A DNA stretch of 64,000 nt from Felis catus. Its lineage: Eukaryota. Of the stretch, positions 37,657 to 49,632 are shown piece by piece (position 1 is the first letter of the stretch; every line of letters starts with the position of its first letter). The stretch spans positions 15,378,001 to 15,442,000 of the forward strand of contig NC_058383.1 of the NCBI RefSeq assembly GCF_018350175.1, given 5' to 3'. The notes beneath the pieces are model-generated. The model was given only the letters and a program-made list of their open reading frames with translations, did no database searches and was not told the DNA's origin. The position numbers and the translations under genes are program-made.

Positions 37657-40075
37657 GGCTGATTCTAAAATTTATATGGAAATGCAAAGGACCCGGAAGA
37701 GAGGAAACTCTCTTGGAAATAAATAAATAAATACACAAACAAAGAGAACTTATACTGCCTAATTTCAGACTTATTACAAAGCTACAATTATCAAGACAAT
37801 GTGTATTGGCATGAGGATAAACAAACAGATCAATGGAACAGAATAAGGAGTCCAGAAATAGGCCTACCCGTAGACACATGACTGATATTCTACAAAGGCC
37901 TAAAGTAATTCAATGGTAAAGGGAAAGTCTTTTCAACAAATGGTACTGAAACACCTGAATATCCACATGGGGGACAGGAGAGGAATGAATCTTGACCTTT
38001 ACCTCATGCCATTCATAAAAATCAGATCACGATGAAGTCAAAGACCGAAACATAAAAGTTAAAACTATGTATGAAGCTTTCATAAAAAACAGTGACCCTG
38101 AAGTTGGCAAAGATTTCTTAATATACAAAGAATGCTAACCATTAAAAAGAGGAAAAAAAAAGATAAATTGGACTTATCCAAACTTAAAACTTTAAAAGAT
38201 ACCATTAGGGAAATGAAAAAAGGAAGCCACAGATTAGAAGAAAATATTCACAATGAATATTGGGCAAAAGACTCATTTCCACAATATATGAAGAACACCA
38301 AATCAACAACATAAAGTCAAATAACCTAATTTGGGCAAAAGATGTGAACAGACACTTCACACGTATGAACAGCCAACAGGCACATGAAAAGTCATGCCTC
38401 ATCATCAGTAGTCGTCAGCAAAATGCAAATTAAAACCACACTGATCCCAAAAAACAAATAACCCAGTGAAGAAATGGGCAGAAAACATGAATAGACACTT
38501 CTCTAAAGAAGACATCCGGATGGCCAACAGACACATGAAAAGATGCTCAACATCGCTCCTCATCAGGGAAATACAAATCAAAACCACACTCAGATATCAC
38601 CTCATGCCAGTCAGAGTGGCCAAAATGAACAAATCAGGAGACTATAGATGCTGGAGAGGATGTGGAGAAACGGGAACCCTCTTGCACTGTTGGTGGGAAT
38701 GCAAACTGGTGCAGCCACTCTGGAAAACAGTGTGGAGGTTCCTCAAAAAATTAAAAATAGATCTACCCTATGACCCACCAATAGCACTGCTAGGAATTTA
38801 CCCAAGGGATACAGGAGTACTGATGCATAGGGGCACTTGTACCCCAATGTTTGTAGCAGCACTCTCAACAATAGCCAAATTATGGAAAGAGCCTAAATGT
38901 CCATCAACTGATGAATGGATAAAGAAATTGTGATTTATATACAAAATGGAGTACTACGTGGCAATGAGAAAGAATGAAATATGGCTTTTTGTAGCAACGT
39001 GGATGGAACTGGAGAGTGTGATGCTAAGTGAAATAAGTCATACAGAGAAAGACAGATACCATATGTTTTCACTCTTATATAGATCCTGAGAAACTTAACA
39101 GAAACCCACGGGGGGTGGGGAAGGGGAAAAAAAAAAAAAAAGAGGTTAGAGTGGGAGAGAACCAAAGCATAAGAAACTCTTAAAAACTGAGAACGAACTG
39201 AGGGTTGATGGGGAGTGGGAGGGAGGGGAGGGTGGGTGATGGGTATTGAGGAGGGCACCTTTTGGGATGAGCACTGGGTATTGTATGGAAACCAATTTGA
39301 CAATAAATTTCATATATTGAAAAAAATAAAATAAAATAAAATAAGTTCACAAAAAAAAAAAAACACCACATTGATATCACTGCACACACATCAGAATGGC
39401 TAAATTAAAAAAGATTTTCAATACCACAGAATAGTGAGAAAATGTTCCACCTGGAACTTTCACAAATTGCCAATCCAAGTATAAAATAATACAGCCACAC
39501 TGAAAACAGACTGGGAGTTTCATACCTACCTTGTGACCTAGCAATTCCACTCCTAGGGATATACCCAAAGGAAACTGACACATACGTTCATAACAAAGTG
39601 CTACATAAGAATGTTCACAGAAGTTTTACTTAGAATAGCCAAAACCTGAAAGCAACCCAGTGTCTATCAACAGATTCAAACCTGTGGTATGTTCATTGTG
39701 TTGAACAGTACTCAGCAATAAAAATGAATAAAACTACTGAAATTTACTACAACATAGAGGAATCTGAGAAACATTATGTTGAGTTTAAAAATCCACCTGC
39801 AGAAAAATACACATTATGATTCCATTCATATGAAATTCTAGAACAAGCAAAACTAAACCAGTGACAGCAATTAGAACAACTATGTCCTGGCTGATGGGGA
39901 GGGACTACTGGCTAGAAATAAATACAAGTGAACTTATCAGGGGGAGAAAAATGGCCTATATATATCTTAATTTAGGTGGTAGATAAGGGTTTTTTATAGC
40001 CATCAATACAGGTTGAACTCATTTAACAAATTCAGTCAAAATCATTACATTAAATGTAAATTATACCTTTAAAAT
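37657..40075 (+). mobile_element. Old L1M 3' portion hosting a young L1
   Basis: ctgattctaaaatttatatggaaatgcaaagg ... 3' UTR ending tgtaaattataccttt. Confidence 0.8.
38446..39362 (+). mobile_element. Young 5'-truncated felid L1
   Basis: 155-aa open ORF2 C-terminal frame ([20 protein letters not shown]), poly-A, TSD aaaaccacactgat / aacaccacattgat. Confidence 0.95.
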
Positions 40076-40154
40076 GGCAAAATTCATTGGCTACATAGAA
40101 CAGCCATAGAAAAGTTGCATAAAACAGAAATAATATTTAAATAAAAACAAATAC

Positions 40155-40207
40155 CTTTGTCCATCTGCAAAGCTTCACCCCAGAATGGCTCCCAATCAAC
40201 TGATAAC
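40155..40207 (-). CDS. TYW1: TYW1 internal coding exon (53 bp, phase 1-0), (G)YQLIGSHSGVKLCRWTK
   Basis: Minus strand ttttctgttcag|GTTATCAG...GGACAAAG|gtattt; absent from the ORF track but completes the Gly codon from the previous exon and restores frame. Confidence 0.96.
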
Positions 40208-40274
40208 CTGAACAGAAAAACAAGGAACATAAAATTGAACTGATTCAAAGCCTCATATTAAAAGGTGATTAAAA

Positions 40275-40485
40275 GGCGCCTGGGTGGCTCTGTCGATTAA
40301 GCATCCAACTCTTGATCTTAGCTCAGGTCATGATCTCAAGGTTTGTGGGATCAAGCCCCACATCCGGCTCTGTGCTGACAGTGCAGAGGCTGTGTGGGAT
40401 TCTCTCTCCCCACCTCTCTGCCCCTCCCCCACTCACATGTGTGCACATGCACTGTCTCTCAAAATAAATAATAAACTTTTTAAAA
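40275..40485 (+). mobile_element. CAN SINE about 65 bp from a TYW1 splice acceptor
   Basis: ggcgcctgggtggctctgtcg head, tail aaaataaataataaac. Confidence 0.92.
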
Positions 40486-40614
40486 ATGGCAATTATAAAA
40501 CTAACAAAATCATTCTTCTTTTCTACATAATGGTAGGCAACAACCCAATGGCAGAAAACATTAACATTTGAAATCACCAGGATGATAAAACAACTTAAAA
40601 TGTTTATGTATCTA

Positions 40615-40832
40615 GGGGCGCCTGGGTGGCTCAGTCGGTTAAGCCTCCGACTTCAGCTCAGGTCATGATCTCATGGTTTACAGGTTCGGACCCCTGCGTC
40701 GGGCTCTGTGCTGACAGCTCAGAGCCTGGAGCTTGCTTTGGATTCTATGTCTCCCTCTCTCTGTGCCCCTCCCCTCTCACGCTCTGTCTCTCTCTCCTTC
40801 AAAAATAAATAAACTTAAAAAAAAAGTTTTTT
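40615..40832 (+). mobile_element. CAN SINE
   Basis: TSD aaatgtttatgtatcta. Confidence 0.95.
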
Positions 40833-41188
40833 AAATGTTTATGTATCTAATAATATAGACTCAGAATACATAAAAATAGGCTAATCCAAAATCATAGGGA
40901 AAGATTTTAACATCTTTCAGTATCTAACAGATTCCATAGATGGAAATGCAGTATGATCTAATCCATACTGTAAATGTGATTGAGAACACATGGTATTGCC
41001 CTCAACAACTACAGAATTCACCTGTTTTTCAAGGACCCAAGGAAATTCTGTAAAAATAAACCAAATGCTGGGCCATAAAGCAATAGCAAGTAACGATATA
41101 CTTCAAACAAACAACTGGGGAACTCTCATTGGTAATCTTTGAAAATGATGAAGAATCAGATGGGCAAAAGGATATTAAAATAAATACT

Positions 41189-41368
41189 GGGGCATCTGGG
41201 TGGCTCAGTCGGCTGAGCGTCCAACTTCGGTAGGGTTGTGATCTCTCAGTTCATGAGTTCGAGCCCCACATTGGGCTCTGTGCTGACAGCTCAGAGCCTG
41301 GAAGCCTGCTTTGGATTCTGTGTGTCCCTCTCTCTCTGTTCCTCCCCCAGTCATGCTCTGTCTCTCTC

Positions 41369-41417
<49 letters not shown>

Positions 41418-41485
41418 CTCTCTCTCTCTCAAAAATAAACATTTAAAAAAATTTTTAATAAAGAAAGAAATAAATAAAAATAAAG
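41189..41485 (+). mobile_element. CAN SINE with expanded (CT)n tract
   Basis: TSD aaatactg; about 70 nt (CT)n at 41357-41430. Confidence 0.93.
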
Positions 41486-41599
41486 AAATACTGCCCCAAG
41501 AAGAGGAAAAACAAAATGCCAGGAACCATAACCCAACGTGAATTCTCAGGACCAGTCCCACAACCTAGCATTTAAAATTCATGAGCTACAGAAGATATG

Positions 41600-42050
41600 A
41601 GAAGCATGGAAAAGCCATGCCGAAGTAATCACATTTCCTTTTTTAATAAACTAGTAGAGCAAACACGTAGAACATTCTGATTTCAGAAAGCACTTAATGA
41701 AGTTTCTCACAAGGCTTCAAGTAATAAGCCACAATTATCATGAGTCTCTTGTATAAAAAGACTCTTGACTTGCAGACAAATGAGGCAAATGGAAAAATAT
41801 AGTCTGGATGATGGCAGAAGTGGATCCGTGGCTGGTTAAATATCCATATTCAGAGTGTGATGATTAATGGAACAATGTCAATTTGGATTGTAAGTCTCTA
41901 CTGGGCTTTGTCTTTTACCCACTTCCACATTTATGTAAATATCTTGCATATAAATAAACAAAACACCGCTTATCTATATGAAGACAGAACAGAGTGCAAC
42001 TGGACAGCTAATCTCAGATGCAGAATAAGCATTTAAGAGATTCCTACAGA
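41600..42050 (+). mobile_element. L3/CR1 reverse-transcriptase fragment
   Basis: gatttcagaaagcacttaatgaagtttctca (cf. DFSKAFDKVSH), atggaaaaatatagtctggat (MEKYSLD), tggatccgtggctggtta, gtgatgattaatgga. Confidence 0.75.
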
Positions 42051-43288
42051 AAATTCCAGTTCTTCTTTTGGATTCCTACAGTCTATTAGTGTCTTTACAT
42101 CCTTCTCTTCCAAGATACATAGGGTTTTATAAAATTTTGCATTGAGGTAGGTATGAGAAAAACTGCCGAGTACAGGATGGACAGACCACAACGCCAAGAT
42201 AAACCAATGGTACGCAGCTGCTAGAAATCACACTGCACAATTCTAACCAAGATAAAGTCACCGAGGATTTACTCTCCCACCTGAAATGCCAAAAATGGAC
42301 AAAATATATGAACAGTTTCCAAGACATGAAACACCAGGCAACAAGGGACAATAATCCCAGAGAAGATGGAAAACACAGGAGGCGAGCCCTGCCATGCCCA
42401 GAGCTTACTGCCCTCAAAGTTTCCAGGCTGTGCGGCAGGGAGAGGCAACGCACACGCGGCTGGGTATTTTCTCGGAGTTGAGGACATGGAAGCAAGAGTT
42501 GGGGAGCCCACACGGCTAGAGTTTGCAGCACTGAGTACCAGAGAGTCAAAAGCTACACAGAGATTAAACTCAAGAATCTGCAGAGGATTCCTAGAAATTC
42601 TGCCTGAGTAATGCTTCATGCATATGTGAGAGAAAAGCTAACCAAGAAAGGGAAAGAACCATCTTAAAGGACTGGAGGTGCGCCTGGTGCTCACAGCCAG
42701 CTGGGAACTGTGTCTATTCACACCAGTCAGAAGCTTAAGATTCACAAGGCAGAGTACACAGCAGTGTTTTGCCCCGATAGTCATAAGTAATTAGCCATAT
42801 TCTGAGTCAGCTCTGGTCTCACTTAACAAGTCATAAAAGCCAGATTAAAAGGCTCAAACTTGTTTCCAAGTAACTGCTCTTCATCCTAGAACAAAGCTCA
42901 AGAATGTTTTATAGGAACACAAAAATATCTAGCACCCAATAAGGTAAAATTAGACCTGGCATCCAATCAAAGATTAACCAAGCATGCAACGTGACCAATG
43001 AAAAAATAATCCAGCAACCAAACTGACCCAGAAATGATACAGATGTTAGAATTACATTAAAACAGTTGTCTAACTGTAATTCGTGGGCTCAAAAAGTTAA
43101 GTAGAGACATGGAGAATATAAAAAGACCAACACTGAATTTCTAGAGATGAAAACTGTAATGTCAAAGCTGAAAGAAACACTGGATAGAATTAATGGAAGA
43201 TCAGACATTAGAGAAGATTACTAAATTATACCTGAAGACATAGCAATAGAAGCTATCCTAAAATGAAAAGTAGAACAGAAAAAAGAAT

Positions 43289-43500
43289 GTTTTTTAAATT
43301 GTCTTTAACATTTATTTATTTTTGAGAGACAGAGTGTGAGCAGGGGAGGGGCAGAGAGAGAGGCAGACACAGAATCCTAAGCGGGCTCCAGGCACCAAGC
43401 TGTCAGCCCAGAGCCTGACACAGGGCCTGAACCCAGAAACGGCGAATCATGACCCAAGCTGAAGGCGGACGTTCAACCAACTGAGCCACCCAGGTGCCCC
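43289..43500 (-). mobile_element. CAN SINE
   Basis: Reverse-complement SINE; aaagaat flanks. Confidence 0.92.
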
Positions 43501-44116
43501 GAAGAAAGAATTTTAAAAAATAATGAAAATAGTATCAGTGAGCTGTAGGTCAAATTCATGTAATTGAAGTCCCCAAGGAAGAGAAGAGAGAGGGAGTGAC
43601 AGAAAAAATACCTGAAGAAACAATGGCCAAAATCTGTCCAAATTTGATTAAAACTATAAATCCACAGAACCAGGAAGCTCAACAAATCCCAAGTAAAAGC
43701 AACATGAAGAAAACTACGTTGAAACACATTATCATTAAATTGCTCAAAATCCGTAATTAAGAGAAAATAGAAAATCTTCAGAGTGCCAGGGGCTAAAAAC
43801 ATTACTTTCAAAGGAACAAACAACAGATGACAACACAGGTCTCATCAGAAGCAATGGGAGCAAAGTGGAACACCTTCAAAGCGCCGTAAGAAAAAAGTCA
43901 TCAACCTATGATTCCACATCCATCAAATAATATCCTTCAAAGATGAGGGCAAAATAAAGTCTTTTTCAGATACACAAAAACTGAAATAATTCAGCACCAA
44001 CACACCCACACAACGCGAAACGCTAAATGAAGCCCTTCAGGCAGAAGGAAAAGGCTGTCAGAGAGAACACACATCTACGCAAAGGAAGAAAAACACCAAC
44101 AAAAGTGGTATCTACA

Positions 44117-44325
44117 GGGGCACCTGGATGGCTCAGTCGGCCTCTGACTTCAGTCACGTCATGATCTCATGGCTCATGAGTTCAAGCCCCACGTTGGGCT
44201 CCATGCTGACAGGTCGGAGCCTGGAGCCTGCTTCGGATTCTGTGTCTCCCTCCCAACTCTGACCATCCCCTGCTCATGCTCTGTCTCTCTCTCTCTCAAA
44301 AATAAACATTTTAAAAATTTTTATT
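44117..44325 (+). mobile_element. CAN SINE; its tail is interrupted by an inverted SINE
   Basis: Outer TSD aagtggtatcta / aagtggtaccta. Confidence 0.9.
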
Positions 44326-44545
44326 ATTTTATTTATATTTTTGGTTTGTTTATTTATTTTTGAGAGAGAGAGAGAGACAGACAGAGCGTGAGCAGGGGAG
44401 GGGCGGAGAGACAGGGAGACACAGAATCCGAAGCAGGCTCCAGGCTCTGAGTTGTCAGCACAGAGCCCGATGTGGGGCTTGAACTCACAAACCAGGAGAC
44501 CATGACCCAAGCCCAAGTCAGGGCTACTGAGCCACCCAGGCACAC
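44326..44545 (-). mobile_element. CAN SINE, tail-to-tail with the previous SINE
   Basis: Reverse-complement SINE ending gccacccaggcac. Confidence 0.9.
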
Positions 44546-44913
44546 TCCCAAAAAAAATTTTTTTTAAGTGGTACCTATATGAGTCAGTATGTAAGATTGT
44601 TTCTAATTACATCTAATTAAGTCAAAATTAACAGACAATTGACTACTTAAACTAAAATAATAAAGATGTAGTATAGGCCTCTAAGATACATAGAAGTAAA
44701 ATGTATGATAATGATCACATGGAGGTTGACAAGGGGAAAACACAAGTGTGTTACTGCAGCTTCTTCCACTGGACATGAAGTGGCGTCTTAATCACTCACT
44801 GTGATATGATCAAGAGGTATGTGTAACACCTCGAACCATCACTAAATACCAATACAGTGCTATAACTAACAAGCCAATGAGGAGGTAAAACAGAATCATA
44901 AAAACATAATCTA

Positions 44914-45082
44914 GGGGCACCTGGATGGCTCAGTCAGTTAAGCATCTGACTTTGGCTCAGGTCATGATCTCATGGTCCGTGGGTTTGAGCCCCACATCGG
45001 GCTCTGTGCTGACAGCTCAGAGCCTGGAGCCTGCTTCGGATTCTGTGTCTCCCTCTCTCTCTTTGCCCCTTCCCCACTCATG

Positions 45083-45113
<31 letters not shown>

Positions 45114-45142
45114 AAAAATAAACATTAAAAAAAATTTTAAAA
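44914..45142 (+). mobile_element. CAN SINE
   Basis: TSD taatcta. Confidence 0.93.
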
Positions 45143-45934
45143 ACAACTTAATCTAAAGGAGGCAGAAACTGGAAAAAGGAAATCAAAGAACACAAGACAA
45201 GGAGAAAACAAATGGCTACATGAGAAATGTAAACCTATCATGAAATCAGTTTAAATTGTCTGAATACCCTTATTAAAAGGCAGACTATACATATATATAT
45301 TATATACATAAATATATGTATGATCTGAATATTCTTGTCTGTCTCCTCTAATAGGCTGATGGCTCCTTGAAGAAGATACTGCATCTTAAGTTTCTCTGCA
45401 TGGCCAGGACTATCACACAAAAGGGTCTCAATAAACACAGAAAGATGGAGTGAGGGAAGGAAGTCAGTCCACTGACTCCCAACTGACCACTCTTCTTCTA
45501 CAGGAAATCAGTATTATTTGTTCTCAAGTAAGGCCTCCTTGATGAGTTAGGACCACAAAAACCCAAATACACTTCTACGTAAAACATTTCTAATTGACCC
45601 AGCCTAATATCGATAGAAGCCTCTTTTCTGCATTTAATAATTTTCCCTTAACAAACGACGATCTGTGATGGCATTTTCCGTCTCTGTGCCAGAGCCACGC
45701 TGATGCTAACATCCCAGGAAACCAAGCACAGGGGAAATGTGCTGGCCCGCAGCCAGTGCACAAGGGGATCCTTCTGCAGGAACGAGAGGGGGCTGCCTCG
45801 ACAGCTCCGGCCGCCACAGTGACAGGGCCACTGGGCCTTCTTCCCTCCCTCCCTATTTCACGCTCCTCACTGGGGTATTAAATGAGAGCGCTTGGGAGGG
45901 CGGTCCAGTGACAGCGCCTCCTGACGGTCCTCAC

Positions 45935-46052
45935 CTTGTTTAGTAAGGGCTTCTCGGAGAGCAGGGGTTATCATAGCCCTTCTTTCACTGGCTTCACCCT
46001 TCATGGCGTTCCTGACCAGAGTGCTTTTCTCCTCCTGGAGCTCCTTCTCTCT
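45935..46052 (-). CDS. TYW1: TYW1 internal coding exon (118 bp, phase 0-1), REKELQEEKSTLVRNAMKGEASERRAMITPALREALTKQ(G)
   Basis: Minus strand atacag|AGAGAG...AAACAAG|gtgagg; conserved RRAMITPALREALTKQG motif. Confidence 0.96.
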
Positions 46053-46364
46053 CTGTATTGAAATTAAAAGAACAAAATTCAGAGCTGGCAGCGAGCGAGG
46101 AGAACAACAGCACAACAGTCACGGACACATGGCATGGGTAAGAAGGTGCGTCGTGAACCACGGCCCACACAAGCCAGTCTCCTCCAAAGTGACCACATTC
46201 CCAGTCAGACAGTGAGCAGAAGGCCTGCCAGTCTTTTCTCTTTTCTTTTTGCTTTCCAAAAAAAGGAACTACATACTCAAACACATACACCCGCAAAATG
46301 TAAATCAACAATCCACTTATCTAGATGTCAATTATTTTTAGCAATCTGAGTACCGACAGCTGCC

Positions 46365-46515
46365 GAAATTCATCAAGTTATTTCTCTGAATTTCAATTTC
46401 CTCACCTGAAAAACAAGGAAAGTAATAGCTAGAGAGCAGAAACGTTACAATTAAATGAAATAAATCACCAGGTACAATGCCTGATACATAACAGGAGTTC
46501 AATAAAATAGAATAC
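46365..46515 (+). mobile_element. MIR fragment
   Basis: caagttatttctctgaatttcaatttcctcacctgaaaaa..attaaatgaaataa..gcctgatacataacaggagttcaataaa. Confidence 0.7.
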
Positions 46516-46854
46516 CGCTGGTTATGTATCTGCAAAACCCCCAAAACAAGTCAAAATAGTGCTCTGAGCTGCTCAGACAGCCATTTGTTTGGAGACCAAA
46601 TTACTCCTCCACCTGCCATCCCAACAATGACTCCTTCTAGATGATCCTGTGGGGAAAATGTGTCTTCAGTGACAGAAAGAAATCTGAAAGATAATATAAG
46701 GCTGATTGTGTTTCCTTTTGACTTTGGGCCCTAGAAAATTCAGCAGTACGCTGATGGCTGTGTAAAGTTTCAAATCATGTTTGTCTCGAATTCTCTGTAA
46801 GTGGCTTCATAGTACATGATGATCTTCACCCTTTACACTGATTTCTTCCTCTAT

Positions 46855-47078
46855 TTAAAAAAAAAAAGTTTTAATGTGTATTTATTTTTGAGAGAGAGAC
46901 AGACAGACAGAGAGCAAGCAGGGGAGGGGCAGCAAGAGAGGGAGACACAGAATCTGAAGCAGGCTCCAGGCTCCGAGCTGTCAGCACAGACCCTGACGTG
47001 GGGCTCGAACCCACGAACCATGAGACCATGACCTGAGCTGAAGTCGGATGCTTAACCGACTGAGCCACCCAGGCGCCT
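46855..47078 (-). mobile_element. CAN SINE
   Basis: TSD ttcttcctctattt. Confidence 0.94.
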
Positions 47079-48221
47079 CAGCCTTCTTCCTCTATTTTTA
47101 AATCTTACTCTATGTACATATATTTTAAAGTTATCTGAATGTCTTTTTGTAAGATGGTAGAATGCTAATCAATAATTTCAGGGCAACACACAAAGTCTGT
47201 GCTATGCTACATTTGCCAGATCTTAGTAAGAGCTGCAGAAATTCAAAATAACTCACCTTGGCAGCGGCCTCACCACCAAGCCCTAGACTACCTTCAGTGC
47301 CTGTCCATTTGCAGTGCCCCACCCCTAGAGAATCAGTAGTGAGAACACCTCACAGAACCCTGGATGTCTGAAATCTGCATCCAACTAATACAGACGGGAG
47401 GATGGCCCTTGTTTGAAGCTGGACAACAGGTGACAGGGATTCACTAGATCATTCTACTTTTGTGAATGTTCAAAGTTCTCTAAACAAAAAATGTAAAACA
47501 GATTTAAATTTTTTTAAAAAGAAACAAGTAAACCAATGAAATTTGGAGTTAACTTCTCTACCTTCTCTGTTACGTCAGGGATTTACTCCGAAACTGGAAG
47601 TCAGTGAAAAACTACTTTAGAGACTCAAAGGTATCATGATGAGAAACATAAATCCAGTTAGTCCTATCTGTCCTAAAGTCAGCATTCCTAATTACTAAAT
47701 ATAATCAAAATGCAAAGCTAATGAACAATTTTGCTTCTGTTAATATAGTTTTGAACTATACATTTCCACACAGAACTGAAAAAATTTACAAACACCAACA
47801 AATTATTCTCATCTATCATAAAAGTGATCCGTTTATTCCTAGGCATTTTCTTTAAGAAATTTTAAAGTTTCAGTTGTTCTTTTAAAATATTTAAAAACAA
47901 AAGTATCCTTTGGCTTTTTTTTTTTTAAGTCTATTTCAGACCTAAAAAGATGTCAACTTAAAAAGGAAGTCTGTGGCAGAGCAAGATGAACTGACCTTGA
48001 ACTTGACAGCGTTTAAATGTCTCTGAGGTAATTCCACAGCAAGTTACTAGAACTCCCTACTAATCATGCAAGAATTGCTCTCAAAAGCCTGTCACCACAA
48101 AACATCACCGAGCATGTATGCTTATCCCAAAGGCCACATAAATCCAAAACTGGACCCACCCGTGACACTGGCCTCTGACCAGTGTGCTCAGAGTTCCAGA
48201 GACACCCTCTTGTGGTTATAA

Positions 48222-48268
48222 ACACACACACACACACACACACACACACCACCACCACCACCACCACA
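48222..48268 (+). repeat. (CA)n(CAC)n compound microsatellite
   Basis: Read directly. Confidence 0.95.
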
Positions 48269-49632
48269 AAAAAACTAATTCTGACTCCTATGAAATGAAC
48301 ACTCTTAAAGAACGGTCATGGACCATCATCCATGTCCCATCACTAGAGAAATTATCCATCATAAAATATGAGGGTAGCTACTCCATTTCAACCATTTAAG
48401 ATACAAAATTTATATAGGAAAGAGCCCAGAGGCCACAACGAGAGATCCTGAGCATTCAGGACAAACATTTACCATTCTGTCTCTATGGCAGTTTAGTCCC
48501 ATCTTCCATATGCAGCAGTAACTTCATTTCCAAAAAGAAATACAATGGCTCATAACATTCCCGAAGGAAGTGCAAAGCGCCAAATTCTAATCTTGTAGGT
48601 GCAGACACCGTTCACTGTTTGCCCAGAATACAACATATATAGCTGCTATATGGCCGTAATAGAAATTACTGAAGATCCCACAACTAGTCAACCTTGATTC
48701 CTCCCTCTCCTGTGTGCCCCATTCGACAACGAGTAACCAAGTTTTAAAGGTTAATTCCCACAGACTGGCTCACTCCATCCACAATGCCATTGCTTCTGCA
48801 CACCAGCCTTGGTTTCTCCTAAGGACAGGACAACTGCAAGAGCCAAACTAAATGGTCTCCCTGTCTCCAACTTGTAATCTCATCCCTCCCCAACTCCCAA
48901 GCCCATCACATCTGCCCTGAAAGAAAACGAACGTCCTCTCCAAGCTGCTGCTTCCCAACACGCAAAAAGGAAAGCCAATTACAAGCTACATTCCTAGGCA
49001 CTTTGGAAAATGACTATAAATAAGTGAAAAGTCCTTTATAAATAAACAGGACTACATTAATCTTACATAATCACAGGAGCAAAAAGTGGTACGAATTTTC
49101 TTTAAAAAAAAAAAAAGATACCGTACAATATTACCTAATTCATTTTCATACCATTGTCCCAGGAACCACAGTACCATCCCAATTATCACCTGGGAAACAG
49201 GACAGAGCAAAAAAAAGTCATCTGTTAAAGACTTTAAGGTAAAATTCCACCCAGCCGGGTAAGTGCCAAACAGGTGTTTTGCCACAAACAAGCTTTTCAT
49301 TACCAAAGCATACAGACGTTTCTGCTGGGAAAAAGTCCTTCTGATTGTTTCAATCTGTTTATTTCATTGATCCATCAGGTGATTCCCTTCCTTATCAAGT
49401 CATGCAGAAAACAGAATCCCCAAGCTCTCTCAAGAAGTCATCTTCCTATACAGTCAGCCCTTCTAAGCCTGGAGCTTTGCTGGCAAACGGTTGGGCATTC
49501 AGTAAATGGTGGCCGAATAATGAATGCCTCCAAACTACCAGACAGATATTCCTAGCTCTAGAAAAGCAGATCTCCCTTCTTTCAGTAACTGATTTTGGAT
49601 CTGGCAACTTTCAATGTTAAAAACTCTCCTTC

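Larger units (their letters stand above)
42165..44910 (+). mobile_element. Old L1M 5' region, ORF1 and inter-ORF remnant with three SINE insertions
   Basis: Degenerate ORF1 (gaagctcaacaaatcccaag, tccttcaaagatgagggcaaaataaag). Confidence 0.75.

Noticed and set aside
38466..38933. 155-aa ORF as a host gene
   Set aside because: It is the L1 ORF2 C-terminus of a 5'-truncated element with TSD and poly-A
48184..48399. His-rich ORF (HTHTHHHHHH)
   Set aside because: Translation of a (CA)n(CAC)n microsatellite with no exon support
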